Assembly (NCBI GenBank): GCA_002493595.1
Contig: DKZG01000014.1
Location: 609-64,608 of the forward strand
Direction: 5' to 3'
DNA length: 64,000 nt
Source of the DNA: Ruminococcaceae bacterium UBA7080
GTDB lineage: Bacteria > Bacillota > Clostridia > Oscillospirales > Acutalibacteraceae
The notes below the pieces were generated by a model, which ran no database searches, had not been told where the DNA came from, and was given only the letters and a program-made list of their open reading frames with translations. Positions 9,147 to 18,538 of the stretch are shown one piece after another. A program made the position numbers and the translations under genes. Every line of letters begins with the position of its first letter. Positions within the stretch are counted from its first letter, which is position 1.

Positions 9147-9944
9147 TTATAATCTTTTATCTTTATCAAGTGCTTTGTCAACGGCATTGTGTACAGCTTT
9201 TTCAAAACCGTCAGCTTGAAGCGACGTTACACCTTCAATTGTTGTACCGCCGGGTGAGCATACATTGTCAATCAGTTTCCACGGATGCTCGCTGCTTTCT
9301 AAAATCATTTTTGCACTGCCGTAAACAGTCTGAGCAGCAATCTTTAAAGCGTCATCTTTCTTCATTCCGTTTTTCACTCCTGCTCTTGCAAGGGCATCAA
9401 TAAACATATAAGTATATGCCGGTGCACAGCCGCCGAGAACACCGAAAAGCGGAAATGCACTTTCATCAAGACACATAACTTTTCCGATGCAGTTGAGAAG
9501 CTTTTCAATATTTTCTTTATCACATTCATTTACAAGATTATTAAAACAATAAGCGCTGATTGCTTCAGATACCTTTGCATTTATATTAGGCATAACTCTG
9601 ATTATTCTCGCATTAGTTTTAAGAGAATTACAAAGAAAATCCAGTGTTTTTCCTGCTGCAATGGAGACAAGCAACGGATGAAATATGCTAACTGCGTTCT
9701 CAATTTTTTTCAGAACAGAAGCAATCACATTTGGCTTAACTGCAAGAAAAACAATATCTGCTTTTTCAGCAATATCAATTTCGCTATTTAAAATTTCAGC
9801 GCCGTAATCATTTTTTATTATTTCGCAGGCGGGGGAGTATACGTCAAAAATAAGTATATCTTCACCTTTAACGAAATCGCTTTTTACAATGCCTTTTATA
9901 ATGGCTGTTGCCATATTGCCGCAGCCTATGAATCCTATTTTCAT
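9147..9944 (-). CDS. proC: Pyrroline-5-carboxylate reductase
   Basis: KIGFIGCGNMA, FLAVKP, SIAAG, RVMPN, VCSPGGTTIEG. Confidence 0.96.
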   Translation of the reverse strand: MKIGFIGCGNMATAIIKGIVKSDFVKGEDILIFDVYSPACEIIKNDYGAEILNSEIDIAEKADIVFLAVKPNVIASVLKKIENAVSIFHPLLVSIAAGKTLDFLCNSLKTNARIIRVMPNINAKVSEAISAYCFNNLVNECDKENIEKLLNCIGKVMCLDESAFPLFGVLGGCAPAYTYMFIDALARAGVKNGMKKDDALKIAAQTVYGSAKMILESSEHPWKLIDNVCSPGGTTIEGVTSLQADGFEKAVHNAVDKALDKDKRL

Positions 9945-9977
9945 AATGTTCTTCCTTTATGTACATGATAATAATTC

Positions 9978-10006
9978 ATTTTATCATCATATACATAAAA
10001 AATCAA
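9978..10006 (-). promoter_or_regulatory. sigmaA promoter of proC
   Basis: TTGATT-N17-TAAAAT with TG extension. Confidence 0.6.
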
Positions 10007-10027
10007 TTGTATTTTGATTATCAAAAT

Positions 10028-10285
10028 TTATTTTTTATGTAATTCACTGTATTTTCTTTTTGTTGCAAGACCGCCTCTGATATGTCTTTGTGCCTTGTTT
10101 TCTTCAAGCACTGCTTTAACCTCGCTGCAAAGCAAAGGATTGATGACAGAAAGTCTTTTTGTTACATCGTTATGCACAGTCGATTTGCTGATGCCGAATA
10201 CAACTGCAGCCTGGCGCACAGTGGCTTTTGTTTCAACAATATAATGCCCTAAGTCGATGCATCTTTTCTCTACATTACCTATCAA
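10028..10285 (-). CDS. spoIIID: Stage III sporulation transcriptional regulator D
   Basis: YIVETKATVRQAAVVFGISKSTVHNDVTKRL...NKAQRHIRGGLATKRKY. Confidence 0.96.
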   Translation of the reverse strand: MIGNVEKRCIDLGHYIVETKATVRQAAVVFGISKSTVHNDVTKRLSVINPLLCSEVKAVLEENKAQRHIRGGLATKRKYSELHKK

Positions 10286-10305
10286 GTGTTTTCACCTTCC
10301 TCAGT

Positions 10306-10334
10306 AATGTATATGAAAATAATCTGCAATTATA
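10306..10334 (-). promoter_or_regulatory. Putative sigmaE promoter of spoIIID
   Basis: Minus strand ATA-N15/17-CATATACATT; spoIIID is sigmaE-dependent in studied spore formers. Confidence 0.4.
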
Positions 10335-10373
10335 ACATACGATATAAATTAATTTTAATGGCTGATATATACG

Positions 10374-10412
10374 AAAACGCCTAAGCTTGCAAGTGCAAAG
10401 CTTAGGCGTTTT
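10374..10412 (-). terminator. Intrinsic terminator after the prs operon
   Basis: AAAACGCCTAAGCTT ... AAGCTTAGGCGTTTT perfect 15-bp inverted repeat. Confidence 0.85.
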
Positions 10413-10418
10413 TATGAA

Positions 10419-10919
10419 TTAATCTTTTTCGGTTGTTTCTTCGTTATTTTGTTTGAATTCACCTAAAAGATCAGCTAATGATTTTTGTTTTAGCTCATCC
10501 ACACGGTCATATTTGCTGACATCTTTTTTCTCAGCCTTTTCGCCGTCCTCTTCGATAACAGTCAAAGAAAGTTCTTTTTCTGTTACACGAAATTTATATA
10601 CAATTTCTTTATTGGTGTTTGGATTTTTTAAAATCAGTTTGTTTCCGTCAAGCTCATACTCACCTGAAAAATTAGCTGTAGAAATGTATGAGTCATAAGT
10701 CATATCATCATAAAAGATATATGCAGAAAGACCGGGATTTTTTTGACTTTGCCATTTTCCTACAATCTGATCATCACTTGATGAGAATATGCTCTTGGCT
10801 GCATCTGCAGGATTTTGATCAGTAGCAATACAGTAAACACCTGCAGCGATAATAAGTGCAGCAATAACACCCACTGCAGCACCTATAATTATTTTTTGAA
10901 TTCTTGTTAATTTGGCCAT
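10419..10919 (-). CDS. Membrane-anchored hypothetical protein with small beta-rich (lipocalin-like) domain
   Basis: N-terminal TM helix, then IVGKW...GEYELDGNKLIL...; start overlaps the prs stop (TAATG). Confidence 0.6.
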   Translation of the reverse strand: MAKLTRIQKIIIGAAVGVIAALIIAAGVYCIATDQNPADAAKSIFSSSDDQIVGKWQSQKNPGLSAYIFYDDMTYDSYISTANFSGEYELDGNKLILKNPNTNKEIVYKFRVTEKELSLTVIEEDGEKAEKKDVSKYDRVDELKQKSLADLLGEFKQNNEETTEKD

Positions 10920-12103
10920 TATTTAGCCTCCTTTAATCCTTTCCTAACAAGCAGGTTTTCAATCCTGTCTGATGAGTCAAGAAGAGAAGAAACCGACATG
11001 TCGTGGTTCAGCGTATCAATAAAATATGCTGTATATTTTGAAAGCTCAACACTTACATACCATTCTCTGCTTAAAAGCTCAGGTGATTGATAAACACCGT
11101 TTGTTGTAAATACTTTGTCAAACACACCATTATTATATGCTTCATCAAATACATCAAGACCATTACAGAACAAACCAAATGTAGTGCAAACAAAAATTCT
11201 TGCACAGCCAAGCTTTTTCAGTTTGCTTGCAACCTCAAGCATGGATTCACCTGATGAAATCATATCATCAACGATGATGATATCTTTGCCTTCAACCGAA
11301 TCACCGAGATACTGGTGCTCAACAATTGGATTTCTGCCATTAACAATTCTTGTATAATCTCTTCTTTTGTAGAACATGCCAAGATTAACGCCAAGCTGAG
11401 TAGCAAAATAAATACATCTGTGCATTGCACCCTCGTCAGGTGAAATAATCATAAGGTGATCAGGATCAATCGATAAATCATCAACATTATTAGCAAGTGC
11501 TTTAATCATTTGGTATGTAGGCATAACATTTTCGAATGATTTATCCGGAATGGAATTCTGAACGCGCTGGTCATGCGCATCAAATGTAATAATATTGTCA
11601 ACGCCGAGATTTACAAGCTCCTGCAGTGCCATTGCACAGTCAAGAGATTCGCGCGAGCTTCTCTTATGCTGTCTGCCCTCATAAAGCATCGGCATAATTA
11701 CGGAAACTCTTTTTGGCTTTGATGATAATGCGTGAATGACTCTTTTTAAATCTGCAAAATGGTCATCAGGTGATTTGGGAACAGTCATTCCATACATATT
11801 ATATGTGCAGCTGTAGTTAAATACATCTGCGATAATATAAATGTCATATCCTCTTACCGTTTCTTCAATAACACCTTTTCCTTCACCGCTGCCAAAACGC
11901 GGAACGGTGACATTGATTTTATATGAGTCGCGCTGGTAACCGAAAAATGCAACATTTTCCTGATGCTCGGTTGCCTGCGTTTTTCTCCACTTAACAAGGT
12001 ATTTGTCAATTTTGTCAGTGAGCTCTTCACAACCGGGCAAACCTATAATGCCAAGCGGTCCTATTGGGATTGTATTAATGTTTTCAGCTGTTTGTCTTGC
12101 CAT
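10919..12103 (-). CDS. prs: Ribose-phosphate pyrophosphokinase (long clostridial type)
   Basis: RFGSGEGK, YEGRQHKR, SPDEG, IIVDDMISSGES PRPP-binding loop. Confidence 0.9.
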   Translation of the reverse strand: MARQTAENINTIPIGPLGIIGLPGCEELTDKIDKYLVKWRKTQATEHQENVAFFGYQRDSYKINVTVPRFGSGEGKGVIEETVRGYDIYIIADVFNYSCTYNMYGMTVPKSPDDHFADLKRVIHALSSKPKRVSVIMPMLYEGRQHKRSSRESLDCAMALQELVNLGVDNIITFDAHDQRVQNSIPDKSFENVMPTYQMIKALANNVDDLSIDPDHLMIISPDEGAMHRCIYFATQLGVNLGMFYKRRDYTRIVNGRNPIVEHQYLGDSVEGKDIIIVDDMISSGESMLEVASKLKKLGCARIFVCTTFGLFCNGLDVFDEAYNNGVFDKVFTTNGVYQSPELLSREWYVSVELSKYTAYFIDTLNHDMSVSSLLDSSDRIENLLVRKGLKEAK

Positions 12104-12159
12104 AGCTAATAAACTCCTCTCAAATCTTTGTCATCATAAGTGACATAACCTGCCACACT

Positions 12160-12188
12160 ATTTTACAACAAATGCTTATTATTGTAAA
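12160..12188 (-). promoter_or_regulatory. sigmaA promoter of prs
   Basis: TTTACA-N17-TAAAAT. Confidence 0.55.
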
Positions 12189-12242
12189 TAACAAATTGTA
12201 GAAATTTGCAGTTTTTTGTTACCGAAAGGATTGTTAAATCCA

Positions 12243-15200
12243 TCACAAATTGATTGGGTTTTTCCTTCTTCTTACAAAAACTATATATGCGCAAATTCCT
12301 GCAGCACTTGCAGCAGAAATAATGATGCCGTAATTAAAACCGCGCGGCTGATAAACATATTCAATTGTATGCTCACCCGGCTTGACGGAAGCAGCAAGCA
12401 TTGCCTCGCCAACCTCATAGGTTTCAGTTTTTTCTCCGTCAATCAGAATAGACCAGCCCTTATCATAAGGTATTGATGAATATAAAACACTGTTTTCTTT
12501 AACCGTGATTTTTCCGGATATTTTTGTATCACTGTGCGAGGTAACATTCAGTGATGCAGCTTTGAGTTTTTCAAAACCTTTCTTTAATATATTTTCATCA
12601 ACTGTATAAGCATATATCTCAGCATATGTTTCGTTTGTTTCTATGTTTGAACAGTCGAGGGATACCTTAATCTCTTCATCTTTTTCGCAATAGCCCAAAT
12701 CAAGAATATATGGTTCATCTATCGGCTGAGTGAAAGCATTATAATGATTGCTGTTAATCTCAATATTTTCTATATCAGGAGATGTAACATAAAGGTAAGC
12801 GTTTCCTGCTTTTTCAGGAGAAATCGTAAAACTTACATTTCCATATCCCTCATCCGAACTGTTTTTATTAAACCAGTAAGTGCCGTTATTCATTATTTCT
12901 TCACCGGACAGACCGTCAAATTCGGTGGAGGTATAATTCATTTCATTAAAAATTCCGCTATAGCCTGTTGCACGTGTAAAATAATCAGACTGAACGTCAA
13001 AGGGATTTCCTTCTTCGGTAACCCAGTTGTTTATTTCATTATTAACTGCAAATGCAATGGGGAGAAAATATTTGTTTTCGTAAATTTCGGTTTCACCGTC
13101 TGCAACAGAAGAGTGATAAACATAAAAACTTTCGCCGGGCGCAATACTTGAAGGTGCCTTAATAAGATATTTGAGATTAAACATCATATTATAAACAGGC
13201 GTTTGTGTATTATAGGTATAGCTGTTTATTCTGTTGCCGAACATGCCCAGGCTGTATTGCAGCTGTGAATAATTTTCATAAGCCATTGAAGAAAATACAG
13301 ACATTCCGTTATACGCATAGTAACTCGGATCCATCCTTGTTTCAAGGTAAGTAAGCTCCTCGCGATATAAATCGTCATCCGATGAATGTATTTTTTCTAT
13401 CGCCTGTGTATAAGCAGCGTAATTGTTTTTATAATCTGTATTTGCCTGGGAAATGGATATAGAACCGGTATCTGCAATCAATACTTCACTGAAAACGAGC
13501 GCACAGGCAAGTGCAGATATGACCGCTTTATCAAGCTTGCCTTTTTTATAAATGAACAAAAAGGCTGTCCATAGAATAATAAATGCAATGCTGATGTATA
13601 TTGTTGTCTCAGACATTTTTGTAGTTGACATTTTTTGAGCAACAATGATAAAGAATATCCATGCCATTGCAGCAAAACCAACATCTCTAATATCAATGGA
13701 CCTGAATTTCGTAATACATTTATAACCGCAGATAAGAAGGATAAAAGTGTACATATATGAAAATCTAAATGGCAGATCATTCGGAAAATGAAATGCATGC
13801 CAAATAAAATTAAGACAATTATTGTCAAAGCTGAACAGGAAAAACAGCAGCATGAGAATATATGCGCCTTTTTCTTTTAACCTTATATCTTTATTAATAA
13901 CGAACAACGGCAGAAGAATGATTGAAAGCATACCTGAATATACATTCGGAAGTACGTCGTCACCGCTGCTTCGGATCGTTGTTTCAAGTCCTGCCAGATG
14001 TGATGTTATGAAATCAAATATATTGAAGTAGGAAGTAAAGGTTTTAGGAAAATCGTCAGAAGTAGCAGAGCTTGATGTCAGTATCATAAACACAGGTACA
14101 AGCACTACTGCACATAGGCCTGCCGCTGCGATGCTGCTTAAAGCAAATCTTACACCGCGGTTGAAAAACTTGTTATTCATCAAAGCTTTGAATGAATATT
14201 TTTTTCTAAATACCAAGGAATGATCGATTTTATGGTTGCCGTTTGATGATATAACGTAATAGCATAAAAAGTATATCACTGCAAATATGCAGCTCATAAA
14301 GCCCATATAGTAACTGGAAACAAATAAAAGCACAAGACTTATAATATAAGTTGCAGATTTGCCGTTATTAATAATTCTTTCAATGCCCAGTGCAATAACA
14401 GGCAGAAGTATCATACCCTCGAGCCACATAACATTCCAGTAATATGCCAAAAAATAGGCACTAAACGCATAAAAAACGCCGAATACCGAGCATAATGGCG
14501 TATGCTTTTTTTGTGATGCCTTCAGGTAGTAGGCAAAGGTTACGGCACTTAATATACATTTAATTGAAACAATAAACGAAATAGCGAAAGAAATATCCTC
14601 TTTATCAAATAAGAAAATCAGTGCCGAAAGAGGACTGGAGAGATAATTGAAATAGTTGCCCAAAAAACTGCTTCCGCCGCCGGAAAACCATGAGTACAAA
14701 AAGCTTTGGTGATTCACTATTCTTTCATAAAGCTCTGCAAAAAGCGGGCCGTACTGATGATAAAGGTCCATGCGCATAACAGTATAATCGCCGAAGGGGA
14801 AAACAGTATATATTATATAAATAATAGATATGCATAATGCTGTTATTGCACCGCTGAGCAAAACAAATCTGTTGTTATAGAAAATAAGATAGGTTTTGGA
14901 ATATTTGATGCTTGATGCTTGATATGCACAGTCAAAGAGTATGAGCCTGTCAAAAAAATAATTGAAGAAAAAGGATATGGAGAGAGCGACTAACCACACA
15001 AAGCCGTCAGACATTTTCAGCATATTGCCGAAAGAGACTTCTGATAATTTATAAAAACCAAAGTTTACTGCTCCCCTGAAAACGAGCATAAGGACTTGCT
15101 TTAAATCAGTGGACAATACATTTTTTGAAAAAACAAATTTTCTTTCCAAAAGATATAACACAATTTCAGCGGCTATAAATGCTGCTAAGACCGATACGGA

Positions 15201-15347
15201 TGCCGAAACGCCCAAAAAAACTTTAAGAATCTGTTTGACAGAAGTCAGTAAAAAAACAGAGAAAAGCGCAGCTAAAGTATAGCTTACTGTTTCTCCGTTA
15301 AATATCTTGTTTGTTTTAACGTTGTTCTTATACTCAGAAAAATTCAT
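12243..15347 (-). CDS. GtrA-like domain fused to YfhO-family (GT-C) polytopic membrane glycosyltransferase
   Basis: First ~140 aa have the 4-TM GtrA pattern (LERKFVF...FFNYFFDRLILF); remainder has YfhO features PFGD...MDLYHQY, GSSFLGNYFNYLSSP, FPNDLPFRFSY, SVFSSM, SIPYDKGW...DG, HTIEYVYQPRG. Confidence 0.85.
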   Translation of the reverse strand: MNFSEYKNNVKTNKIFNGETVSYTLAALFSVFLLTSVKQILKVFLGVSASVSVLAAFIAAEIVLYLLERKFVFSKNVLSTDLKQVLMLVFRGAVNFGFYKLSEVSFGNMLKMSDGFVWLVALSISFFFNYFFDRLILFDCAYQASSIKYSKTYLIFYNNRFVLLSGAITALCISIIYIIYTVFPFGDYTVMRMDLYHQYGPLFAELYERIVNHQSFLYSWFSGGGSSFLGNYFNYLSSPLSALIFLFDKEDISFAISFIVSIKCILSAVTFAYYLKASQKKHTPLCSVFGVFYAFSAYFLAYYWNVMWLEGMILLPVIALGIERIINNGKSATYIISLVLLFVSSYYMGFMSCIFAVIYFLCYYVISSNGNHKIDHSLVFRKKYSFKALMNNKFFNRGVRFALSSIAAAGLCAVVLVPVFMILTSSSATSDDFPKTFTSYFNIFDFITSHLAGLETTIRSSGDDVLPNVYSGMLSIILLPLFVINKDIRLKEKGAYILMLLFFLFSFDNNCLNFIWHAFHFPNDLPFRFSYMYTFILLICGYKCITKFRSIDIRDVGFAAMAWIFFIIVAQKMSTTKMSETTIYISIAFIILWTAFLFIYKKGKLDKAVISALACALVFSEVLIADTGSISISQANTDYKNNYAAYTQAIEKIHSSDDDLYREELTYLETRMDPSYYAYNGMSVFSSMAYENYSQLQYSLGMFGNRINSYTYNTQTPVYNMMFNLKYLIKAPSSIAPGESFYVYHSSVADGETEIYENKYFLPIAFAVNNEINNWVTEEGNPFDVQSDYFTRATGYSGIFNEMNYTSTEFDGLSGEEIMNNGTYWFNKNSSDEGYGNVSFTISPEKAGNAYLYVTSPDIENIEINSNHYNAFTQPIDEPYILDLGYCEKDEEIKVSLDCSNIETNETYAEIYAYTVDENILKKGFEKLKAASLNVTSHSDTKISGKITVKENSVLYSSIPYDKGWSILIDGEKTETYEVGEAMLAASVKPGEHTIEYVYQPRGFNYGIIISAASAAGICAYIVFVRRRKNPINL

Positions 15348-15383
15348 TATTTCACCAAATTATCATAATTTTATATCATCTAT

Positions 15384-15412
15384 ATAATAGCATACGGTCA
15401 TTAAATCTTCAA
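15384..15412 (-). promoter_or_regulatory. sigmaA promoter of the GtrA-YfhO gene
   Basis: TTGAAG-N17-TATTAT with TG extension. Confidence 0.6.
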
Positions 15413-15426
15413 TAAATATTTTTGTA

Positions 15427-15453
15427 ATACATCTGCATTTGTAGGCATAGACT
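15427..15453 (+). promoter_or_regulatory. Putative sigmaE promoter of the spoIIIA operon
   Basis: ATA-N16-CATAGACT just upstream of RBS GAGGTG, matching the sigmaE pattern ATA...cATAnnnT. Confidence 0.6.
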
Positions 15454-15466
15454 TTATCGAGGTGAT

Positions 15467-16450
15467 TTGTTGGACAATATATCATTTTTCATATCACTTT
15501 TTCCAAAATATCTTTCTGATATTTTCAGCTGCTTTGAGAACAGCATCATCAGTCGTATTACCGAAATAAGGATCAGGAGAAATAAACCGATTATGATTTA
15601 CCTGAAAAATACGCCTTATTTCATAAGTGTTTCCGGAAGACTGATTGAAAGGTATTGCGATCATTGTGTAGCTATTGATGATGAGAATTTTGATTTTATT
15701 ACAGACAGGCTTTGCAATCATTCTTTTCATACGAATATGCATTCGATGATAGATGGTTATATTACTGCCAAAAATGGTTCAAGAGTCGGTATCAGCGCCA
15801 CAGCAGTTTATAAGGATGGAAATATTCATTCCGTTCGGGATATCAGCAGCATAAATATAAGAATTGCAGCGCAGCACAGAAATTGTGCTTCTGAAGTATT
15901 AAAGCTTTTATATTCCAATACAATTCCAAGTATCATTGTTGCAGGTCCTGTGATGTCGGGCAAAACAACTTTTCTTCGCGATTTATCCCGCCAGCTTTCA
16001 AGCGGATTTGCCGGTAAATACCGAAAGGTTGCAATTACTGATGAAAGAAAAGAAATTGCCTCAGGGTTTGATGTGGGATTAAATACAGATGTCCTATACT
16101 CGTACGATAAAGCTAAAGCGATTGAAATTGCAACAAGAACGCTTTCACCTGATATTATAGTGTGCGACGAAATCGGAAATATGAATGAATTGGAAGCTAT
16201 TCAGTACGGTTTTTCAACAGGAGTCAGCTTTGCTGTATCCGTGCATATGAAAGAACGCCGACAGCTTACAGAAAATAAGATTGTGTCACGCTTGATTTTG
16301 ACAGGTGAGTTTGATTATATTGTGCTTCTTAAATCTTTTACAGATGAATTTGAAATTATTGATTTGAGGTCATCAGAAAGTGAAAACAGCAGGAATAATA
16401 ATGATTATCCTTTTTTCTTCCTCCCTTGGGTTGGCAGTGGCGGGATTTAA
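15467..16450 (+). CDS. spoIIIAA: Stage III sporulation protein AA (ATPase)
   Basis: EIRIRRNKP, GSRVGIS, SINIRIA, GPVMSGKTTFLRDL, DERKEIA, RTLSPDIIVCDEIG. Confidence 0.92.
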   Translation: MLDNISFFISLFPKYLSDIFSCFENSIISRITEIRIRRNKPIMIYLKNTPYFISVSGRLIERYCDHCVAIDDENFDFITDRLCNHSFHTNMHSMIDGYITAKNGSRVGISATAVYKDGNIHSVRDISSINIRIAAQHRNCASEVLKLLYSNTIPSIIVAGPVMSGKTTFLRDLSRQLSSGFAGKYRKVAITDERKEIASGFDVGLNTDVLYSYDKAKAIEIATRTLSPDIIVCDEIGNMNELEAIQYGFSTGVSFAVSVHMKERRQLTENKIVSRLILTGEFDYIVLLKSFTDEFEIIDLRSSESENSRNNNDYPFFFLPWVGSGGI

Positions 16451-16823
16451 AAAAAAGCAGATTAAATATATTGACAGCTTAATTTATATTGCCGAAAAGA
16501 TTCTTCTAATGCTCAGCAGCATTTCACCTGAAACAGAAGATATTATGAACGAGCTGAAAAACGATGAAAGACTGAAAGGCTTTGATTTTGGATTAAAGAA
16601 TGAGAATTCACCATTGCCGCCTGAGGAAAATGACAGGTCACGTTTGTTGTTTAATACTCTTGGCAAGTACGATTTAGACTGTCAAATAAGCTACATAAAT
16701 CAATATTTAGGATATTTTAAAATGCTAAGACAGCAGTATCAGGATTACTATAACAGCCACTATAAGCTGTATCTTGTTTTTGGAGTTTTTATAGGAATAC
16801 TTGTTTCGGTTTTACTGATATAG
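16380..16823 (+). CDS. spoIIIAB: Stage III sporulation protein AB
   Basis: Operon position; N- and C-terminal TMs; LGKYDLDCQI...KLYLVFGVFIG. Confidence 0.8.
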   Translation: MKTAGIIMIILFSSSLGLAVAGFKKKQIKYIDSLIYIAEKILLMLSSISPETEDIMNELKNDERLKGFDFGLKNENSPLPPEENDRSRLLFNTLGKYDLDCQISYINQYLGYFKMLRQQYQDYYNSHYKLYLVFGVFIGILVSVLLI

Positions 16824-16845
16824 TGCAGTGTTAACGGGAGGATAA

Positions 16846-17040
16846 ATGGAAGTTGATTTTATTTTTAAAATTGCAGCAATCGGAATAATTGTGGCGGTTT
16901 TGAATACGGTTTTAATAAGAAGCGGAAGAGAAGAACAGGCCATGCTGACAACTCTTGCAGGTGTTATTGTAGTTTTAATGATGCTTGTTCCTGAAATAAG
17001 TGATTTATTCTCAACCGTTAAGTCGTTGTTTGATCTATGA
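16846..17040 (+). CDS. spoIIIAC: Stage III sporulation protein AC
   Basis: IFKIAAIGIIVAVLNTVLIRSGREEQAMLTTLAG. Confidence 0.95.
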   Translation: MEVDFIFKIAAIGIIVAVLNTVLIRSGREEQAMLTTLAGVIVVLMMLVPEISDLFSTVKSLFDL

Positions 17041-17417
17041 TAAAGCTTGCGGGATTTATAATTATTTCTCTTTTACTTATTATTTTTTTAAAAGAGGCGA
17101 AAAGAGAATTTGCCATGGTTCTTACTCTAGGGTGTGCAATTGTTTTATTTGCTGCCGTGGCAGATGATTTTATTAATATATTACATAATGTATATAATTT
17201 ATCGTCAGGGCTAAAAAACATCAATGCGTATATTTCACTGATGATAAAGATTTTGGGAATATCTCTTGTGGCACAGTTTGTTGTGGATTTATGTCGCGAT
17301 GCCGGTGAAAATGCGCTCGCATCGCAGACTGAAATTGCTTCAAAAATAATCATTCTTATAATGACAATGCCGCTTTTTGAGACGGTGCTAAATATTGTTA
17401 CAGGACTTTTGAAATGA
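17037..17417 (+). CDS. spoIIIAD: Stage III sporulation protein AD
   Basis: IKILGISLVAQF..DLCRDAGENALASQTE..SKI. Confidence 0.93.
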   Translation: MIKLAGFIIISLLLIIFLKEAKREFAMVLTLGCAIVLFAAVADDFINILHNVYNLSSGLKNINAYISLMIKILGISLVAQFVVDLCRDAGENALASQTEIASKIIILIMTMPLFETVLNIVTGLLK

Positions 17418-18538
17418 AAAGAATTTTAATTATTTTATCGGTGTTGCTTATAATACCAAACACATTTTGCTTTGCAGCTGAAAAAAGCGAATACGAGGAG
17501 TATCTCGGCTCTTTTGACTTAAGCTCATTTGAACTGCTTGATAATGATACAAAGAATTTTTTGGATACTTTGGGGATACTTGACTTTGATTATGAAAATC
17601 TCTCGGATATTTCTATCAAAAGCGTTTTCGAGCATATCTGGAATATCATAACACAAAAGTCCGATGGGCCTATAAAAACAGGTATTATTGTAATTGTATT
17701 TATTTTGCTGGCTTCTTTTTTTCGCTCTTTCTCTACTGAAATTAATAAAAGTGATTTAACAGAAACCTTTTCCACTGTATCCACACTTATTATTTCCATA
17801 TTTCTTACATATAATTTAACGGATTGTATTGCACTTTGCTGCTCAACCATTAAGCTTTGCTCTGATTTTTCTTTTGCTTTTTTTCCGGCCTTTTGTATCA
17901 TTGTATCTACATCCGGTGCAGCTATGACATCTTTTTCGGTTAATACGACTCTGCTTATTCTTGCACAGTCACTTAATTATATATCCGAGCTTATTTTTAT
18001 TCCGATAACAAATTGTTTTCTTGCACTTGGAATATGTTCCGGAATACGCCGCGAGCTTAATTTGAGCGGAACAATCAATATGTTAAAGAAGTTGATAACA
18101 ACAGCTATTTCTACTGTATCGGCAATATTTGTTTCCATACTCTCTGTTAAAACAGCTGTTGCCTCTAAAGCCGATGCCCTTGGTCTTCGTTCGGTAAGAT
18201 TTGCAATCAACTCTGTTGTACCGGTAATCGGAAGCTCAATAAGTGAAGGGCTTCTTTCAATACAGAGCTATTCAAGCTTGATAAAGACGAGTGTCGGCGT
18301 TGTTGGCATTATTGCTGTAATATCAATATTTCTGCCTTCTCTGATAGAAATAAATCTTTGGCGTTTTGTGTTGTCGCTGTCATCCTTGTGCGGCGAAATA
18401 TTCGGTGACCGGTCATCTGTTAAGGCAGTAGAAACCTTTAAGGATGCTTTATTGATTATTGATGTGCTTTTAATTTTGACAATGGTAACAACAATCATAT
18501 CAATAGGTATACTGGTTGCGGCAAAGTCGGGGTCTTAA
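17414..18538 (+). CDS. spoIIIAE: Stage III sporulation protein AE
   Basis: Polytopic membrane protein; RFAINSVVPVIGSSISE; operon position. Confidence 0.88.
   Translation: MKRILIILSVLLIIPNTFCFAAEKSEYEEYLGSFDLSSFELLDNDTKNFLDTLGILDFDYENLSDISIKSVFEHIWNIITQKSDGPIKTGIIVIVFILLASFFRSFSTEINKSDLTETFSTVSTLIISIFLTYNLTDCIALCCSTIKLCSDFSFAFFPAFCIIVSTSGAAMTSFSVNTTLLILAQSLNYISELIFIPITNCFLALGICSGIRRELNLSGTINMLKKLITTAISTVSAIFVSILSVKTAVASKADALGLRSVRFAINSVVPVIGSSISEGLLSIQSYSSLIKTSVGVVGIIAVISIFLPSLIEINLWRFVLSLSSLCGEIFGDRSSVKAVETFKDALLIIDVLLILTMVTTIISIGILVAAKSGS

Noticed and set aside
9962-9982. ArgR box upstream of proC (TGATAATAATTCA)
   Set aside because: One base short of ARG-box spacing and no second box.
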